Origin: a virus
Taxonomy: Duplodnaviria; Caudoviricetes
Reading direction: 5' to 3' (one strand)
IMG/VR virus record: IMGVR_UViG_3300031998_000017
Coordinates: 32,001-96,000 of that record
Length of the DNA stretch: 64,000 bases
Positions 29,301-38,966 of the stretch are shown in pieces; the first letter of the stretch is position 1; each line of letters starts with the position of its first letter. The notes under the pieces were generated by a model. It did not search any database. It saw only the letters and a list, made by a program, of their open reading frames with translations, and had not been told where the DNA came from. The position numbers and the translations under genes were made by a program.

Positions 29301-31813
29301 ATTCTACAAGTAGAATTGCTGGTTTAGAAAATGGAAAAGAAGATAAAGCTAATAAGGTTGTTAGCTTAAATGAATTAAATACAGATGCGCAATATCCAAG
29401 TGCAAAATGTGTTTATAATAATATAAATCCTTTACAAGAAGAATTATCTAAAGATAATAATTGTATAAATGAAAATGATATTATTACTGTAGATAATAGT
29501 GGAGATAGTCTAATTAAGGATATTGTTTTAAAAGGAAACACATCTCAAATTAGATATAACGGTGTAAATTTATATTATATGAATTATAGTGACCAAACAA
29601 ATGGAAATTGAAATGGTGTTTCTGTAAAAAGTACAAAAACAGGTTATGAATTAAAGAATACTGCGACTGCAACAGGTGGATATACTTTAGTAGATAGATA
29701 CATATCATTCCCTGCAGGAACTTATACATTTAAATTAAAAAATGAAAGCGCAGCTAACATATCTTTAAGTCAGACTAATTATCATCCTGTTGTTACTCTT
29801 ACTCCTGGAATGACGTCAAAGTCATTTACGTTAACAGAAACAACAAATTTATGTTTAACATTAGGTATTACGCAAGGTCAAAGTTACAATGAAACTAATG
29901 AAGCAATGGTATATAGCGGAACTAATAATTATAATTTTGAGCCTTATGTTGGTAGTACAACAAGTTTGGTAATGCCATGTCCAAATCCATTATATCCACA
30001 GCTAGTTAATAAAGTTCAAGGAGACAATATAATTCAAGTTTGTGGTAAAAATCTTGCATTTAAAGAATTACAAGGAAAGTATAGAGCCATATCTGCTTCA
30101 GGAAGTATTGTTAATTTAGAAACATATAGTTCATACAAAGCTATTGTTAAAGAAAACACTTGATATAGAGCAGTAGCTTGTGATAATCCTAATTCAGATT
30201 ATTCAAATCTATGTTTCTTTGATAAAGATATGAAATTCTTATCTGGACTTGCCTTTAATAGTGGTGGTCCATCTAGAGTTTTCCAAACTCCTAAAGATTG
30301 TAAATTTGCAACAGTTGCAGTTCCAAATACTACAACTCAATTTATAATTATAGAAGGGGATACAGATGAAAGAGATTATATTCCTTACGCAGGAATTGAT
30401 TATAAAGTTACTTTACCTGTTGAGAATTTATTTAAATTACCTGAAAGTGAAACAAAAAATGGTATTGTCTATACTAAAAATGAAAATGGAACAATTTCAT
30501 TGCATGGAACAGCAAGTCAAAATCTTTCATTTGTTCTTTATAGAGATATTCAAGATTCAAATTTAAAAACTCTTGAACCATATATATTATTTGCTACACA
30601 AAATTTACCTAGTGGAGTGGAAATAAGGTTTGAAGGATATAACGGAGATACTTGGCAAAAGCATCTATTAGGGGGAGTTTTAGATAACACAACAAATTCT
30701 TGGACTAAAGCGATAGATCTGACAAACGTTACTAGAGTAAGATCTTGTATCTACGTAGCAAGTGGTACTAATGTTGATATAGATAATCTTGGAGTTCAAG
30801 TTGAAATTGGAAATAAAATGAATACTTTCCAACCATATGGAGCTCAAATAGTTGACTTATGTCATATAAACACTACACAAGATTATTTTAAAAGAACTGA
30901 GGGTATTCAGTTATTTAATAAAACTACTGTATTAAGAAATAAAATGGCTCAAGGAAATGGTAATATTATTGATTATGAAGGCATTTTCTCTAGTGATTTT
31001 ATCAAAGTTGAACCTTGTACAGCATATTATGTTAATCAATATGCGCCAACTGTTATCCAATATGATAAAAATCAAATGGTAATAGGTTATGCAAGAAATA
31101 CTGGTGCGGCAGGAACTTTTACGACAGATACTGCTTGTGAATATATTAGAATTCGTGCTTTTGATACAACTATTGATATGGAAACAGCTATTGAAAATAC
31201 TATGTTAAATAAAGGTAGTTCTGCTGCAGAGTATGAACCTTATGGAAAAGGTTTATGAGTAAAACATTGTGAAGTTGGTAAAATAACTTATTGTGGTGCC
31301 TCTACTGAAAATTGACAATATTATAATGGTATTATTTATATTGATAATAGCAATATAAAAGCATATAGTACTAATCCATTAAATTTCTTTACAAATTATT
31401 TCAAACCTGCAGATGGAAAAGCATATATTGCACACACAACTTATCAAAGACTTCATATTACATTGTCTGCTTGAGGGTTATCAAGTATAACAACTGCAGC
31501 AGCTTGAAAAACTTGATTAAATACTCATCCTTTAGATTTCTATTATGAATTGACTACTCCAACAAACGAACTAATAACATATAAACCTTTAATAGAACAA
31601 TTAGATAAGATAGAACAAATGAGAAGTAATAAGAATCATACTCAAATTGCGCAAGATAATAATGACAATTCATTTATTATTAATGCAGAAATATTTAAAA
31701 ATACTATAAGTGGAGATGTTGACGGTGCTAAAAATGAAATTCAATATTTATTTAATAGTATTGGTAATTTAGAGCATGTCTTAACTACTCTTGATATTGG
31801 AAATGGGGTATAG
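23384..31813 (+). CDS. Giant modular tail fibre/receptor-binding protein (2809 aa, code 4)
   Basis: Nine track ORFs in one frame joined by about 17 TGAs. Three tandem roughly 750-800 aa modules with GKNL, EPY, PNPLYPQ (absent in the middle copy) and LPVENL motifs; ends at TAG. Confidence 0.82.
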
Positions 31814-31816
31814 TGT

Positions 31817-34354
31817 ATGTCAATAGCAAATAGAATAGAACAAATAAAAGAGCATATTAATAATGCTTATAGCACTCTTGAGATAGGTGGAGCTAATATT
31901 AATTCTATTAATAAAAATATAGATAATATTAGCTCTTCTCTTGAAGAGAGATTAATATATTATATGAATAATGGATTAAGTGTAGTATGAAATAATTGAA
32001 ATAAAATAACTAGTAGTGGAGCTTTATTAGAATTACACAACACAATTAAAGCACCTATTTCTTTAACTTTAAAAGGAAATACTGTTCAAACTACTTTTAC
32101 TGGGAAAAATAAACTTAATTATGTTGATAATTTAAGAGCAAGTTATGGAGGACTAACAAGTGTAATAAATAGTGATGGTAGTATTACAACAACTGGATTA
32201 CCAAATGGAGACTATAGATGTATTTTAGAATATAATATAACTGATGATTTAGAAGACGGAGCTACATACACTTTTTGACAAGAAACTGCAAATGCTCATT
32301 TATTATATTTGCAAATAAATGCAAAAGATATAAGTACTTCTCAAATGGCTTATTACTCTTTAAATACAGGAGAGGCAAAGAAAACTTTAACAATAAATAA
32401 AAGTAAATATACTTATACTATGAATATTCAAACAGAAAGTGTATCTAGTTGAAATCAAACTTCTAAAACGTTAACCAATAAATATATGTTAGAAAAAGGT
32501 AGCGATAAAACATCTTTTGAGCCGTATTGTGGTGCAGAACCTAGTCCAAATCCATTATATCCGCAAGAGGTTCAAGTGGTAAAAGGTCATAACTCTACTA
32601 AGGTTAACGGAAAAAATTTATTTGATGGAATGTTTAGACAGGGTGGCTGATCTGGCCCTGCCACAACTAGAGTTATGTCTGTTAATGGAATTGTTACAGA
32701 TAATACATCAACACAATATACAATATCAACTAATTTAGATACAAGCACATATTGTTGAGGAGTAAGCGAAAGTAAACAAACTTTACCTAGAACTTCTTTT
32801 GATGAACTTTTTAATTCTGGTTGATTAACAACTTCTTCATATACTTTTACTTGTTCTAAGAATGGCTATCTTTATATTACTATTGCTGCGGCAAATAAAA
32901 CTGATGATGTCAGTATAAATGCGGTTAAAGATTTTAAGTTTCAAGTTGAAAGAGGTGGAATAGTAACAGAATATGAAGTTTATGATGGAAAAGTGTATCC
33001 AATAAGTTTTCCTGTTGAAAATAAATGATATATAGAACCTCAATCAGCAATTGGAGTTACATTATCTTATCAAGATGGTGTAACTATTTTAAATGGAACA
33101 ACCAATACTACTTGAGGAGCTTTGAGACAAGCTGTAAATTTAAGTGGAACCTATACTTTAAGTGTAGAAACTGATGCAATTAAAAATAATGTTTATGTAA
33201 GAATAAGAGATTCAAATGAAAATATTTTACAAACAGTATCAATTGCAAATAGTACTAAAGGTTTTGCAACAATAACAAGTAATGATATTGCTTATTTAGA
33301 AATTACTTTAGGAGCGCAAAATATAAATTTTGATAGACAGAAAATAAAAATTCAATTAGAGCAAGGAGACAAAGTTAATGATTTTACTCCTTATGGTGTT
33401 GAACCCATTGAGTTTTGTAAAATAGTTGATAACTCTGATGTTATTAAAAAAGGAACTGGAAAAAATAAAATAACCTTTCTTCCTCAGACAAAAACAATGA
33501 ATGGTTTAACTATGGTTGCTAATGAAGATGGTTCTTTAAGAGTGTATGGAACTGCTACTGCCACAGGTTCTACATATTTCACTTTAAAAGAAAATATTCT
33601 TTTAGGCAATAAAACATATTCATTTAGCGGAAAAGTAATGGGTACATTAAATGATAATTTATGTTCACTTAGGTTAGTAGATTCTGATGGCAATAGTTTT
33701 AAAAATGATTTTTTAACAATTAATAGTTCTATAGTTAGAAAATTAACTTCATCAGCAGAAAATGGTAGAAATTTTATTAAATGTTTATTCTATTATACAA
33801 ATGGTACTAAATGTGATTTCACAGTATATTATCAATTAGAAGAGAATTCTGTTGTTACTGAATGGGAACCAGGAAATTCTAAAGATAAGTGGTATATTGA
33901 AAAACAAATAGGTTATAGAGATATTTTGGGAACAGGAGATACTGCTGCTGCAGGACCTGTTTCAGAAGGTTTTTATTTAAATACAGGAGGAGTAAATTGA
34001 AATCATTCTCTTGCTTCTAAAGATGTATTTGTAAATAAATTTATTGCATATCCAACTTATAGTGCTTATAACGCACAATCAAATGCTATGGGTTATATAT
34101 ATACTTCAGTTAATCAATTATATATAAAAGTAAAAGGTATTTCAACATTAGAGGCTATGAATACTTTTTTAAGCAGTAATAATGTAAGAGTATATTATGT
34201 ATTGAATGCATATCGTTATATTATATTAAATGACACTCTTCAAAAACAATTAAATGATATTCAAGATATGAAAAGTTTTGATAATATAACAATTTTAACT
34301 CAAGATAATAATTATTTACCAATAGATTGAAATGTTGGTATTTTAACAAAATAG
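31817..34354 (+). CDS. Modular tail fibre/receptor-binding protein (845 aa, code 4)
   Basis: MSIANRIEQIKEHINNAY N-terminus followed by one copy of the same module. In-frame TGAs; ends at TAG 34352-34354. Confidence 0.8.
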
Positions 34355-34378
34355 AAATAAAAAGAAAAGGAAATTGAA

Positions 34379-34588
34379 ATGAAAGATTTATTAGAATTGT
34401 ATCGTAATTATCTTTTTACTTTACAAGAAAGAGCAGAGTATGGAGATAGATATGGCGATACAGATGAAATTGTGAAACACTACGAAAAAGTGTTAAAATT
34501 AAAACGCGCGAACCCGGTTAAGAATCCTAGAGGTGGATCCTTACAAAATAACCCGGGTTCCGCATGAAAGGGAAAGAGAGAGGAGTAA
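34379..34588 (+). CDS. Small hypothetical protein (69 aa in code 4; stops at 34567 in code 11)
   Basis: AAAGGA RBS and ATG; one TGA at 34565; TAA at 34586-34588, 4 nt before the next ATG. Confidence 0.5.
34506..34563. other. GC-rich nested stem-loop upstream of the lysis cassette
   Basis: GAACCCGG (34510-17) pairs with CCGGGTTC (34553-60). Inner TAAGAATCC/GGATCCTTA stem has one mismatch. A T-rich run follows on the minus strand. Confidence 0.7.
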
Positions 34589-34592
34589 AAAC

Positions 34593-34733
34593 ATGGAAGA
34601 AGAAATTCTAGTAGAAGGTTTAGAAGATAATGAACCATTCTATGCAGCTATTGGCGATATTCAAGATGTATATGATGAAGTAGAACCAGTAGAAGAAAAC
34701 GAAGAAAATAAAGAAGAAAGGGAGGAAGAATAA
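34593..34733 (+). CDS. Small, highly acidic peptide (46 aa)
   Basis: AGGAG RBS; MEEEILVEGLEDNEPF...EEREEE; stop lies 1 nt before the endolysin ATG. Confidence 0.6.
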   Translation: MEEEILVEGLEDNEPFYAAIGDIQDVYDEVEPVEENEENKEEREEE

Positions 34734-34734
34734 T

Positions 34735-35760
34735 ATGGCTATATTAATGACAGGACAACAATTAGCAGATAAATGTAAAAATGTCGCATTAAATTATAAA
34801 ACATTATATGTTTATGGATGCTTTGGTGCGCCAATGAACGCTAGAAATAAAGAAAGATATAAACATAATTATGCTTATAATGAACAACCTTCAAGACAAG
34901 CAAAAATTAACGCAGCTAGCTCTAACACATTTGGATTTGACTGTGTTAATATGATTAAAGGTATTTTATGGGGTTGGAACGGTAATGTAAATGCTACATA
35001 TGGAGGAGCTGTATATGGTTCTAATGGTGTACCAGACACTAGCGCTGATGGTTTAATGAACTATTGTACTGGTGTATCAACTAATTTCTCTAATATTCAA
35101 GTTGGTGAAATGGTTCATATGGCAGGACATATAGGAGTATATATCGGTAATGGTTTAGCTGTTGAATGTACACCAATCTGGAAAGATGGATGTCAAATCA
35201 CAGCAGTAGGTAATATTGGTAAAAAATCTGGATATAATACTCGTACATGGACTAATCATGGAAAATTAAAATTCATTGATTATGGCAGTACACCTACACC
35301 AGGAGGATTCCTACCACCAAGAGGATATTTCCAACCAGGAGATAGTGGCGCAAATGTAGAAAAAATTGACGCATTCTTATCTCATCAAACAACAGGAGAT
35401 TTCTTTGGTACATTCACTAAATATGCAGTTAAAGCATTCCAAACTGAATGTGGATTAGAAACTGATGGAAATATTGGTCCTCTTACATTAGGTAGAATGA
35501 AAGATAAAGGTTTAGATAAAAATGTTAATCTACCTTCAAGAGGTTATTATAGAGTTGGAGATAGTGGAAGTGCAATAAATAAAATTGATGCTTTCTTAGC
35601 TCAAAGAATTCTTGGAGATTATTATGGTAATTATACTAAACATGCAGTTATGGCTTTACAAGAGAAAGGTAAAACTGAAGGACGTTATCATGATGATGTA
35701 GATGGATATTTTGGACCACTTACTCTAGCTTGTGCAGAGGCATATGGTTTTAAATATTAG
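34735..35760 (+). CDS. Endolysin: NlpC/P60-CHAP-like peptidase plus two peptidoglycan-binding (PG_binding_1-like) repeats
   Basis: FDCVNMIKG...HIGVYIGNG catalytic Cys/His; two repeats of T..AV.A(F/L)Q....L..DG..GPLTL. Confidence 0.88.
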   Translation: MAILMTGQQLADKCKNVALNYKTLYVYGCFGAPMNARNKERYKHNYAYNEQPSRQAKINAASSNTFGFDCVNMIKGILWGWNGNVNATYGGAVYGSNGVPDTSADGLMNYCTGVSTNFSNIQVGEMVHMAGHIGVYIGNGLAVECTPIWKDGCQITAVGNIGKKSGYNTRTWTNHGKLKFIDYGSTPTPGGFLPPRGYFQPGDSGANVEKIDAFLSHQTTGDFFGTFTKYAVKAFQTECGLETDGNIGPLTLGRMKDKGLDKNVNLPSRGYYRVGDSGSAINKIDAFLAQRILGDYYGNYTKHAVMALQEKGKTEGRYHDDVDGYFGPLTLACAEAYGFKY

Positions 35761-35771
35761 GAGGTATTAAT

Positions 35772-36245
35772 ATGTGGGAAGCAGTATGTGCAACTTTAAA
35801 CATTGTTATGTGGATTGGAGTAGTTCTTGGACTATTGTTAATCGTTAATACAATGTGCGGAATTATTTGTAATATTAATAAAGGAGAACAATTCTCATGG
35901 AATAAATTCTTTCAAGGAATTGGAAAAGCTTTGGCATTTTATCTTGGCATTGCTTTATTGAGTGTTGTTTCTACTTTGTTACCTTTCGTTAATGCAATGG
36001 TAATAGAAGTATTTAATATTGAATTATTATCTTCATCTGTATTAAGTACTTTATCTACTGCAGCTATATTCGGAATTGCAGCTGCCGCTATTACTGTTCA
36101 AGGTAAAAAAGCACTTGAAAATTTATTTGAATTAGCTAAATTATCAGTAGGTAATATTGAATTAAAGAAACAAATGGTTGCGGAAGAAGAAGACAACGAA
36201 GAAGAAACTCAAGAGGAAGAAAAAGAAGAAGAATATAGTGAATAA
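35772..36245 (+). CDS. Holin-like membrane protein
   Basis: Three hydrophobic segments and an acidic tail, directly after the endolysin. Confidence 0.7.
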   Translation: MWEAVCATLNIVMWIGVVLGLLLIVNTMCGIICNINKGEQFSWNKFFQGIGKALAFYLGIALLSVVSTLLPFVNAMVIEVFNIELLSSSVLSTLSTAAIFGIAAAAITVQGKKALENLFELAKLSVGNIELKKQMVAEEEDNEEETQEEEKEEEYSE

Positions 36246-36264
36246 AACTATATTCTTTTTTTTT
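36228..36264 (+). terminator. Intrinsic terminator
   Basis: AGAATATAGT-GAATAAA-ACTATATTCT followed by a T-tract. Confidence 0.7.
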
Positions 36265-36299
36265 ATTGAAATTTTTTAGCAAAAATTTTAATAAAACTT

Positions 36300-36316
36300 G
36301 GGACAAAGTTTATAAT
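36300..36316 (+). promoter_or_regulatory. Putative late promoter motif (copy 4)
   Basis: GGGACAAAGTTTATAAT. Confidence 0.5.
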
Positions 36317-36360
36317 TCATTCATTTTAAAATTCATATATACATGAAGGGAAATGAATGA

Positions 36361-36417
36361 AAGAGACCGTATGGTAAGAAGTATTCATTTCTTGCTATGC
36401 GGTCTTTTTTTGTTTTT
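36361..36417 (+). terminator. Terminator/attenuator-like hairpin just before an RBS
   Basis: AGACCGTATGGTAAGAA / TTCTTGCTATGCGGTCT followed by T-tract, then AGGAGG. Confidence 0.65.
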
Positions 36418-36434
36418 GAAAGGAGGAATTGAAT

Positions 36435-36884
36435 ATGCCTTATGGGAATAATATGATTAATCAATTATATAGGCAAAAAGACAATATCGAGAATATGATT
36501 GCTCAGTACGCAAATCCGCAGCCTGCGCCGGTACAAAATATCATAAACACGTCTACATCTACAAGTGATACAGAAATAAAATATTTAAGCAAAAATGATG
36601 ATGTAAATAATATAATAATAATGAAGAAAACAGTGTTTATAGATGAATATAACAATAAAATAATGATAAAAGAATTAGATGGGACTATTTCAAAATCTTA
36701 TGATATTATTGTGCCAAAGGATGAAAAAGATTTAAAAATAGAAGAATTAGAAAACAAAGTAAAGGAATTGGAGGAAAAAATAAATGATAAATATTCAAAA
36801 CTTGATGTCTCAATTGATGATGTCAAACCAGCCTCAACAAATGTTATCAAGCCTATTAAATCCGCAACAGCAACAAATTTTTAG
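36435..36884 (+). CDS. Hypothetical protein (cassette gene 1)
   Basis: AGGAGG 8 nt before ATG 36435; Q/P-rich N-terminus and coiled-coil C-terminus. Confidence 0.7.
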   Translation: MPYGNNMINQLYRQKDNIENMIAQYANPQPAPVQNIINTSTSTSDTEIKYLSKNDDVNNIIIMKKTVFIDEYNNKIMIKELDGTISKSYDIIVPKDEKDLKIEELENKVKELEEKINDKYSKLDVSIDDVKPASTNVIKPIKSATATNF

Positions 36885-37002
36885 TAATTTAATGGGGAAA
36901 AGCGGAAATGAGCAAGCTGCGGCAATTGCGAAAATGTGTAATGAAAAGGGCATTACAAAAGAACAACTTGCTCAAATAATTAAAATGGCAAATGGGAAAT
37001 AA
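36784..37002 (+). CDS. Small Met/Gln-rich helical protein (cassette gene 2)
   Basis: GGAGG RBS; overlaps the previous gene by about 100 nt. Confidence 0.7.
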   Translation: MINIQNLMSQLMMSNQPQQMLSSLLNPQQQQIFSNLMGKSGNEQAAAIAKMCNEKGITKEQLAQIIKMANGK

Positions 37003-37053
37003 AAGGCGTAAGTCTTTTATTATATAAAAAATATTTAGAAAGGGGAATGAAAA

Positions 37054-37623
37054 ATGAACGATAATACTGGAATGTCAGCTACTGATGTATTAGCGCTAAC
37101 AAGAGGTAATGATGGCTTATTTGGAGGAAATGGAATCTTAGCCTTAATCATTATTTTTGTATTACTATTCGGAGGAAATGGAGGTCTTTGGGGCGGTAAT
37201 ACCGCAACTGCTTTAGGACAAAGCGATTTACAAAACTCTCTATACTTCCAAAGTCAAGATGCTGCTATTAGAGGTTTAGCGCAAGGTCAATGCGCACTTA
37301 CTGATACTGTTCTTACATCTAACTATAATAATTTAGTTTCTATGAAAGATATTCAACAACAAATTAGTAACAGTATTGCTTCTATTGGCAACTTAGTAGT
37401 TCAAGAAAATAGCGCAACTAGAACAATGATTCAAGATAACTACATCAGAGAATTAAGCGACAAATTACAAACAACAAGAGATGCATTATCAAATGCAAAT
37501 CAAACTGCTGCTTTAACTGCAGCTATTCAAGGTTCTACAGACACAATCTTAAATCTACAAGGTAGATATGTTTTAAATCCGCCTTGTTATTATGCTTGCC
37601 CTTATAATCCTGTATCTATATAA
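37054..37623 (+). CDS. Gly-flanked single-TM, coiled-coil protein (cassette gene 3)
   Basis: GLFGGNGILALIIIFVLLFGGNGGLWGG, then a Q/N-rich coiled coil and a Cys-containing tail. Confidence 0.75.
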   Translation: MNDNTGMSATDVLALTRGNDGLFGGNGILALIIIFVLLFGGNGGLWGGNTATALGQSDLQNSLYFQSQDAAIRGLAQGQCALTDTVLTSNYNNLVSMKDIQQQISNSIASIGNLVVQENSATRTMIQDNYIRELSDKLQTTRDALSNANQTAALTAAIQGSTDTILNLQGRYVLNPPCYYACPYNPVSI

Positions 37624-37640
37624 TATAGGAGGTTGCGCAT

Positions 37641-38078
37641 ATGGAGATTAAACATTATGTAGACAAAATTATGGCATCTGATAATCAAGAGAAAAAAGAA
37701 GAACTTATTGATATGATTTCTTCCATTATCGACTGTTGAGAAGATGAAGACAAAAAAGAGCTAGAAAATCAACTTTACGAAATCGCCGAAGGAAAAGTAT
37801 TAAATGAAGAAAAAGCTGAATCATTGATTAAAGCTATGAAACCTAGTGGTATGAAATGAACTCTTGGAGATACCAATGGTGTAAAAACACAATTTGGTTA
37901 TGATGATATCAGACCCGTTGATTTTTGAATTGTAATGAATTCAGCATATAATGATTATTATGATTTATTTAAAGATAATGTAGAATATTATGCAAAATAT
38001 GCACACGGGTTCATAAAAGATGAAGATGCTGTTGATGATAAAGTATATTATTACTTTACCATGATACCAAAAAATTAA
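37641..38078 (+). CDS. Hypothetical helical protein (145 aa, code 4; cassette gene 4), missed by the ORF track
   Basis: AGGAGG RBS; three TGAs (GMK*TL, VDF*IVMNSAYNDY); ends at TAA. Confidence 0.75.
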
Positions 38079-38084
38079 TACATT

Positions 38085-38101
38085 GGACTAAATGTAATAA
38101 T
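38085..38101 (+). promoter_or_regulatory. Putative late promoter motif (copy 5)
   Basis: GGACTAAATGTAATAAT. Confidence 0.5.
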
Positions 38102-38107
38102 TTATTA

Positions 38108-38168
38108 TCCCCTCTTTTCAATAACATATAGAACATCTAATGTTATTGTTAGAGGGGAATTTTTATTT
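38108..38168 (+). terminator. Long terminator-like hairpin
   Basis: CCCCTCT..CAATAACAT / ATGTTATTG..AGAGGGG followed by a T-rich run. Confidence 0.6.
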
Positions 38169-38183
38169 AGGAGGGTTTTACAT

Positions 38184-38879
38184 ATGGAGTGGATAGAAAT
38201 TGCAAAAGCAATATCTGAACTTGGCATTCTAGTAGTAATTGCAGGACTTTTCTTATTTATAGCATTCAAACAAAATAAAAGTCAAGAAACTATGCTTACA
38301 AATTTGTTTAATGAAATGCTTGACCAAATGAAAAAATGCGCAGGCGGCCATGTGTTGACCGAAGAAGAAGACAAAACTGCAATAAAAATAGATAACGCAA
38401 TCAATACACTATTACAAAAAGCTATTTCAGATTTACAATGCGGAAGAATTATGGTAGTTAGATATCACAATGGCGGAAAAGATATGAATTCTATCTCTTT
38501 CTTAAAATTAAGTGTTAGTAACGAATGCGTTAACCATGGGTATAAACCAGTTATGGGCGAATTTCAAAATCAATTTCGTTCAATAGTTGGATATCCTGTA
38601 AATCAAATTGAAAAAACTGGACACAGTTATGTTACAAATCTTGAAGATATTAAAACTTATGATATTGGAACTTACGAATTATTAAAATCAAAAAACGTAA
38701 GGTCTTATTATGCGCATAGTTTAACTAATACAACAGGTTATGTTATTGGCGCAGTTCTAATATTATATCATAATGATAATAAAATAGAAGAAAATCAAGA
38801 AGATGTCCATCAATATTTGACACATCTATCAGACCAAATATCAGGATTGTTAAATGTAAAAAATACAGAGAGCAAATAA
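38184..38879 (+). CDS. Single-TM protein with GAF-like domain (T4 holin T-like architecture)
   Basis: N-terminal TM, coiled coil, then RIMVVRYHNGG...VRSYYAHSL...VIGAVLILY GAF-like pattern. Confidence 0.55.
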   Translation: MEWIEIAKAISELGILVVIAGLFLFIAFKQNKSQETMLTNLFNEMLDQMKKCAGGHVLTEEEDKTAIKIDNAINTLLQKAISDLQCGRIMVVRYHNGGKDMNSISFLKLSVSNECVNHGYKPVMGEFQNQFRSIVGYPVNQIEKTGHSYVTNLEDIKTYDIGTYELLKSKNVRSYYAHSLTNTTGYVIGAVLILYHNDNKIEENQEDVHQYLTHLSDQISGLLNVKNTESK

Positions 38880-38896
38880 GCTCTCTTTTTTATTTT
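38866..38896 (+). terminator. Intrinsic terminator
   Basis: AGAGAGC-AAATAA-GCTCTCT followed by a T-tract. Confidence 0.75.
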
Positions 38897-38913
38897 GGTC
38901 TAAAATAATTAAT
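38897..38913 (+). promoter_or_regulatory. Putative late promoter motif (copy 6)
   Basis: GGTCTAAAATAATTAAT. Confidence 0.5.
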
Positions 38914-38966
38914 TAAAGATAAAACTTTTTAAAGTATTATGAGAATATAAAATGAGTTAAAAGGAG

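Noticed and set aside
21566-34354. Diversity-generating retroelement acting on the fibre genes
   Set aside because: No reverse transcriptase, and no near-identical TR/VR pair differing at adenines, was seen in this window. One could lie outside it.
489-34354. Strict 3' context rule for readthrough (TGA followed by a purine)
   Set aside because: It holds in the tape measure gene, but many TGA-T and TGA-C cases occur in the tail genes (e.g. 11139, 11688, 26033).
34506-34563. Hairpin as a tRNA (suppressor), SECIS or known riboswitch
   Set aside because: No cloverleaf or true TTCGAA T-loop, it lies upstream rather than downstream of the TGA, and I recognised no riboswitch consensus. An Rfam search is still needed.
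34533-34592. GTG start at 34533 for the acidic peptide
   Set aside because: It is buried in the hairpin; ATG 34593 has a well-spaced AGGAG RBS.
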